A stretch of 54,323 bases of DNA, filler included, from Sphacelaria rigidula (taxonomy: Eukaryota): NCBI GenBank assembly GCA_964200075.2. It is 5 parts of 5 records of this genome, joined end to end, with 100 filler letters (N's around TTAATTAATTAA, not from the genome) between each part and the next. Parts side by side here need not be neighbours in the genome. Positions count along the whole stretch, not along the records: positions 43,540 to 54,323 come from CAXNAA020005919.1; 4 more parts are not named here. The stretch is one strand, 5' to 3'. Positions 49,801 to 54,323 of the stretch are shown here, piece by piece. The position numbers and the translations under genes were made by a program. The notes under the pieces are model-generated. The model was not told where the DNA came from and made no database searches. It was given only the letters and a program-made list of their open reading frames with translations. Positions within the stretch are counted from its first letter, which is position 1, and the number at the start of each line of letters is the position of its first letter.

Positions 49801-51038
49801 TTTAACCACTCGGTGTAGCCAGCACCCGTTTGTTGCATGAGGAAACCATCGTTCCACCACCATTTAGGGTGATAATACAAAGGTATCAAAGCGACACGAG
49901 GTACGATGCCAAAAATAGTGGACAACTGATCACCGGAGGTGTTATCAAGGGCAGGGGGGAAAGGAACCATTTTTTGGGATCCGGAAAGTCATCAGCCGAG
50001 GGTACGGATATACTATGTACTCTTGGACCGCATTGTAAACGCCAACAGGATGCCGAAGAGTCGAAAACGTCATCACCCAGTATCTTATTCAGGGGGTGAT
50101 ATACCCCGTATGTGTCATCGACACTATTGTCCACGATTCACGTTAACGATAGGCACAGAGGAGACAGCACACTTATAGCATGGTAAGACCCGCCACGGGT
50201 GAGCGCGTATGCGGAACTACGGGGGGCAGTGTCTCATTGCTGTGGATCTTCTTAGGAAAGGAATTGGTGCAGCTTTCATGAGGCCCCAGCCCCGCCCAGT
50301 GGGCGCTGTCTAACATCAAGATACCCGTGTTGACAAATTCCTGCTCATCACGATCATAAGTGGCAGCCACCAGTGTTGGTATTTAACGTTGTCTGTTATA
50401 CACGAGTACAGGCGGTGTCCGTAACGACGGCTGGGCGATATGTTACTAAAACTGTATGTACTACACGAGTACTTCTGCACTGTCGAGTTAGAGCCGGTCC
50501 ATAGTGCCAGCCCTGTGGTGCGATTTTAAGAAATTCTCGCTCAGAGTGGAGTGTCTATACTAAATCATCATCGCCGGGGCATCACCTGTGCAGGTACTGA
50601 CAGTTTTCGGGGGAAACACAGAGCCTGCGAAATCTGGAGGTGTGGAAGCGTGCAAGCGCGGCTGTAGAGCCTCCCTACCCCCTCGCCAATGGCACTTCGG
50701 ACTCAACAGCACGATACATGATGACACGGGACAACGGTAGACACGGGGTGCAACAGTCCAGAGATCTAGACTATTACGCTACCGTCTGTATTGCCCAAAT
50801 GTGCAGTTGGCAAGGCAACAAACTCGCCCGTAAAGGGTGAAAATCAACCAGAGACAATCGGTAAAGAGGCAATTTTAGCTGCGTTGCACTGCATCATGCT
50901 GTACCCCGCCGTTGTCTGCACTGCGCGTTGCACGTAGAGAACACCCACCAGGCCATCGATGTGTACTTCGTTGATCAAAGGCAGCTCCTTCACCGGCACG
51001 CGCTCTTCTGCTTGCGTTCCCCATGCTCCCGTCGCCAT
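43804..51038 (-). CDS. eIF3h: Eukaryotic translation initiation factor 3 subunit H (MPN domain; 3' end runs off the contig)
   Basis: Exons 51038-50949 (ATG), 48820-48728, 46072-45959, 45561-45466, 45338-45123, 44527-44369, 43905-43804, all GT-AG and phase 0. Translation includes IDGLAVLKIIKHC, GSLLGLD..VLEVTHAFPFP, YQMEMMKMLREVNVDNNCVGFYQS, LYDP..IKAYRLS, LEELPIKIRN, LEKNLEFL, GEDPLPEED. Confidence 0.95.
46339..46918. mobile_element. Stowaway-like (Tc1/mariner) MITE
   Basis: TA|CTCCCTCTGTTTCATGAGTCTGTGCA ... TGCACAGACTTATGAAACAGAGGAAG|TA: TA target duplication and CTCCCTC-type TIR. Confidence 0.85.
46947..47413. mobile_element. Tourist-like (PIF/Harbinger) MITE
   Basis: TTA|GGCCGGATGTTATGGC ... 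GCCATAACATCCGGCC|TTA: 3-bp TTA TSD, arms palindromic over most of the length. Confidence 0.88.
48312..48385 (+). mobile_element. Possible degenerate tRNA-derived SINE head
   Basis: A-box-like TGGCCTAACTGG and B-box-like GGCTCGAATCC; no cloverleaf. Confidence 0.35.
49695..49784 (+). mobile_element. Non-LTR retroelement 3' end with (CAAT)n tail, copy 3
   Basis: Same family as 6304-6400, in eIF3h intron 1. Confidence 0.75.
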
Positions 51039-51884
51039 ATTCTTCTAATTGTTCTTCAGTACACAACACACAGCCACACAATGACCACTAAATCACTAGT
51101 GATCCCGTCTTTCCACAGCAGTCCCGGAATGGTCGGCCGCGCAAAGCGTAGGGTTATGGCCTGAGGGTGACACAACGTACCACGATTCAATGCAAGCCAT
51201 GAGCCGCACAATCGCCAAACGTGACCGGCACAGAAGTCATACTCCAGGCCATATTTCTCTCAATGGAACGCGACACTCGACAAAGCGACAACATTCATGA
51301 CGGGACAGGCGACCGTTAAGAAAGATGCTCGTGACAAAGGACACAGGGGAAACAAAGAGATGAACATGACTTAAACCAATATCTAAACGAATTGATGTAC
51401 GCCGTTCGCCGCCGACTGTGCGGTATTGGATTTCCTGGTCGTGTTCATCCTCCTTGGGCACCTCTACTTTCATTCGAGTTATGAGTAACTGCTGCACTCC
51501 TGCGCACTATAATAGTGTCGTCTGTGCAGTCATTTTGCTCTATCGAAATGCCTTCGGTCATGTTTTTTCTCTTTCCAGCTCGAGTTGTTCTGTTTTGATC
51601 GTGCACATTAATTCTACAGTTTTCACCATTATAGTGCAGTGACCCCATTAGAGGGGCAGAGGATATGATGTGGGAGCTCTTATTATGCTTGTAGGTCGTG
51701 CTTGACCATAAATCTTCACGTCTCCTTCGACCGCGGGTGTGAATCCGGAGGGCTAGTGTTGTGGAAAAAAACAACGCGACAGATTACAACGCAAAGAAAA
51801 AATCAATACAAGGCGTCCGCATGACAGCGCGCACGCAACTAGCTCACGGATACCAAACCAAGATTAGATCCCTACCGCAAAAAA

Positions 51885-52396
51885 ATGACGAATCGAGCAC
51901 TGATGGCGACAACTCGTCTTTCCCTCTTCTGCATCGCTGGTAGACATTTCTTTGGTAGCGCTCTGCTCATGAGTAATGGATTTGGGGTTCGATTGCTCCA
52001 TCTGCACAATCGAGCAGTCATTGAAGCCTTTATGGGTGTGAGCCGTCGCGGGATAAAGGTTGATACGCCGACCCCAAGAATCATTCTGAGGAATCGTGGG
52101 ATGAGCAAGTCCATTACCCATGCTCCGCGTTCCCTGGGAGCTGAGGCTGTGGAACGCAGAAGCTGGAAGGAGGCAGAGCAGTTGCGAGGAATGCCGTCTG
52201 TATCGGATCAACTGATGGTGGAAAACGAGAATGCGAAAGCCATGGATACGGGCGACGGTGGGAGTGGCACGCGACGCACGACAGAGCTGCGAGAAGCGCA
52301 GAGGAGCAGCAGCACCGAGAAGAACAAACCCCGCAACAAGAGATATAGCAACGTCAGCAAACGACAAATCGTTATACCTCAGGGGGAGTGGCCCAG
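51885..52396 (+). CDS. Probable first exon of an unknown gene divergent from eIF3h
   Basis: Open frame of about 170 codons from ATG 51885 (or 51903), with a hydrophobic then Arg/Ser-rich N-terminus. It ends at a strong donor CCCAG|GTAATT at 52396/52397. No downstream exon identified and no family recognised. Confidence 0.45.
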
Positions 52397-53744
52397 GTAA
52401 TTCAATCTTGCTTCAAATGAAAAGGGTAACACTTACATGGACGCGCTACGTTCGCTCAGATTTTTGTGCCGCAGCTTGTACGACGTGATCGAAATTATTT
52501 TTATGAGAACAAAGTGGCATCAAGAATATACTGAACGTGGAAATATGATGAAGGTTATATGCGCAAAATGTCTGAGTAGACCTTTCGTGCATTCTCTGGA
52601 ACATCTTTTTCTCGCGATGGTTGGTAAGATTTGAACACGTATGTTCACGTGATGTTGATACCCCAAGTCCCACTCCCCTTGGTGCGGGGCAAGCCCCCAT
52701 CACTGTTTCAATGGCTTACTTGTCCCGCATAAACAGCTTAGTTGTTCACGTGAGGCGTGTGTGGGAAATCCTCGGGCTACTTGTATCAGCATAGTTGCAT
52801 CTACGGCTGGGACGAAAAACACACATCTATGGCACAACCTCTGTCCGCATTTTGTTCACGAGCTAAATATTTGTATGTTCAACTGCGTGTCAAATCATGT
52901 ACAGACAGGGTAATGTGTTGATATCGCCCAACCGCACAGAGACCACTCGATGTAAAATAGGATGAGTTTTGCGCCAGGGGCTGAGCCTTTAACCCTTAGA
53001 CAACGAGACTAGGTCATCTGTCGGATCGGCATCAACTTCACCCCCCAAAAAGTATGCGTGATCCAGACTGGCTACCCTCGCGGTCTAAGATCTGAGTTTC
53101 AGGGTCGAGACTCAAATCAAGTCGGTTAATTTCAACGTACGCAGTGGTAAGCTCTACTGCATCCAGATCTTTGAAGGGGCTGATGTTCCCGAGTGCTCCA
53201 AGCTTGCCCAGAACACGTTCGTGTCCAACTCATGCGCCGATTTGAGTTTTGCGTACACTTTGCCTGCCACACCCTTTCTACCGCCGTAGTCCAGTTGTTC
53301 TCGTAGGCCTTGGGTTGGAGTTAGGGTCTAGGCTTAGCCTCAGTTCGAAATCGTATATTTCGAAGAACATTTTGTCAACCATTTCCACAACAAATGAGAA
53401 GGCACGACTCTTTCTCATGACCATCCAACAGACACAGCAGTACCTAATGGTTGAAGGTGTTACGGTGAAACCGTTTAAGTCAATGCTGATGCCGATTCAG
53501 CAGGTGACCTACTCTCGCTGTCTAACCGTTAAAAGTGATGATCACTTCTGATCAGACCCCGCCTGAGCACAAGAAGCACGAGGCGCGAAGCCCAAATGTA
53601 CAGTGGTTGTCCGGAAAAATTATATGTCATGTTTGGGCCGTTCGGCTCATCATGAGATACACCGATGGTGTACCCGGGTGCATATACAACTTTTACGCAC
53701 GACAGCCTCCACTAGACCCAACGAAATGTTGGCGAATAATGGTT

Positions 53745-54059
53745 GTGTGTGACTGTGTTGTCATCCCTGGGTACTGGTGCACCCCTTTCGGTATGTTTGG
53801 GCGCACCAGCCGCGGTCGCACAGGAGGTTTGTCAACGCAGGAGCTTTTCCTTTCTTATTCGTTTTGAGTACCCCACCTTCCTTCTGCGGTGCTTGCCTTT
53901 ATTTTTCATCGCGAGAGGGGTTTAGCGGCCCCTTTCCCTCGTCGACCGTCAAGTCGAATTTTGTCCACCACGACATAGTCGCTATCCACTGCTGAGCACT
54001 GTGTTGGAAAAAATCCCAGGTCGCTCCGAGAATTGAACCCACGACCCAGCCGTCAGAGG
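53745..54059 (-). mobile_element. tRNA-derived SINE, A box missing
   Basis: Reverse complement aligns with about 31730-32050 (CTGACGGcTGGGT.GTGGGTTCAATTC...GCGACTATGTCGTGG...ACGGTCGACGAG...CCCTCTCGCGAT). Confidence 0.85.
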
Positions 54060-54323
54060 CAGTCTTGGACCCACTTTTATGCCAAGCACGAATCTTGATT
54101 TTTTCAAATTCGGGGGGACAAAAAATCGGGAAACGTATTTTTGGACACAGATTTGGACCAAGTCGGGGCCGAAAAAATCAGGGGGTCACGATCTCGGAAC
54201 GGTTTTCCCCGGTTCTTCGAAGAAATCGGGGGGAAACCGTTCCGAGATTATCGCCCGTAGTCGGACCCTGTGTTCATGTCTACCTGTCGCGCGTCGAGTT
54301 TGGAAAACCTAGTGCCACTCCCT

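Noticed and set aside
1544..51038. Functional cluster of helicase, dynein and eIF3h
   Set aside because: The genes lie on different contigs joined artificially.

Overview
Intron-rich eukaryotic DNA that looks like a brown alga or related stramenopile (inferred from the protein sequences, long TE-filled introns and repeat content). The window is not one locus. It is five contigs of almost equal length (1-10786, 10887-21671, 21772-32555, 32656-43439, 43540-54323) joined by artificial 100-nt N44-TTAATTAATTAA-N44 linkers. Three partial host genes can be spliced by hand with consistent phases: an RH39/DDX28-like DEAD-box helicase (- strand, contig 1), an axonemal outer-arm-type dynein heavy chain covering AAA4 to the stalk (+ strand, contig 2), and eIF3 subunit H (- strand, contig 5). 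A probable first exon of a divergent gene lies upstream of eIF3h. The rest is mostly non-autonomous transposons (Stowaway- and Tourist-like MITEs, foldbacks, tRNA-derived SINEs, LINE 3' ends) and decayed coding fragments. The most unusual items are a dispersed element built from 42-bp units with a palindromic core, a 1.6-kb intronic foldback, a 96-bp near-perfect palindrome, two probable GC-AG introns, and a decayed gene with very short introns. No complete new biological system can be demonstrated from the sequence alone.
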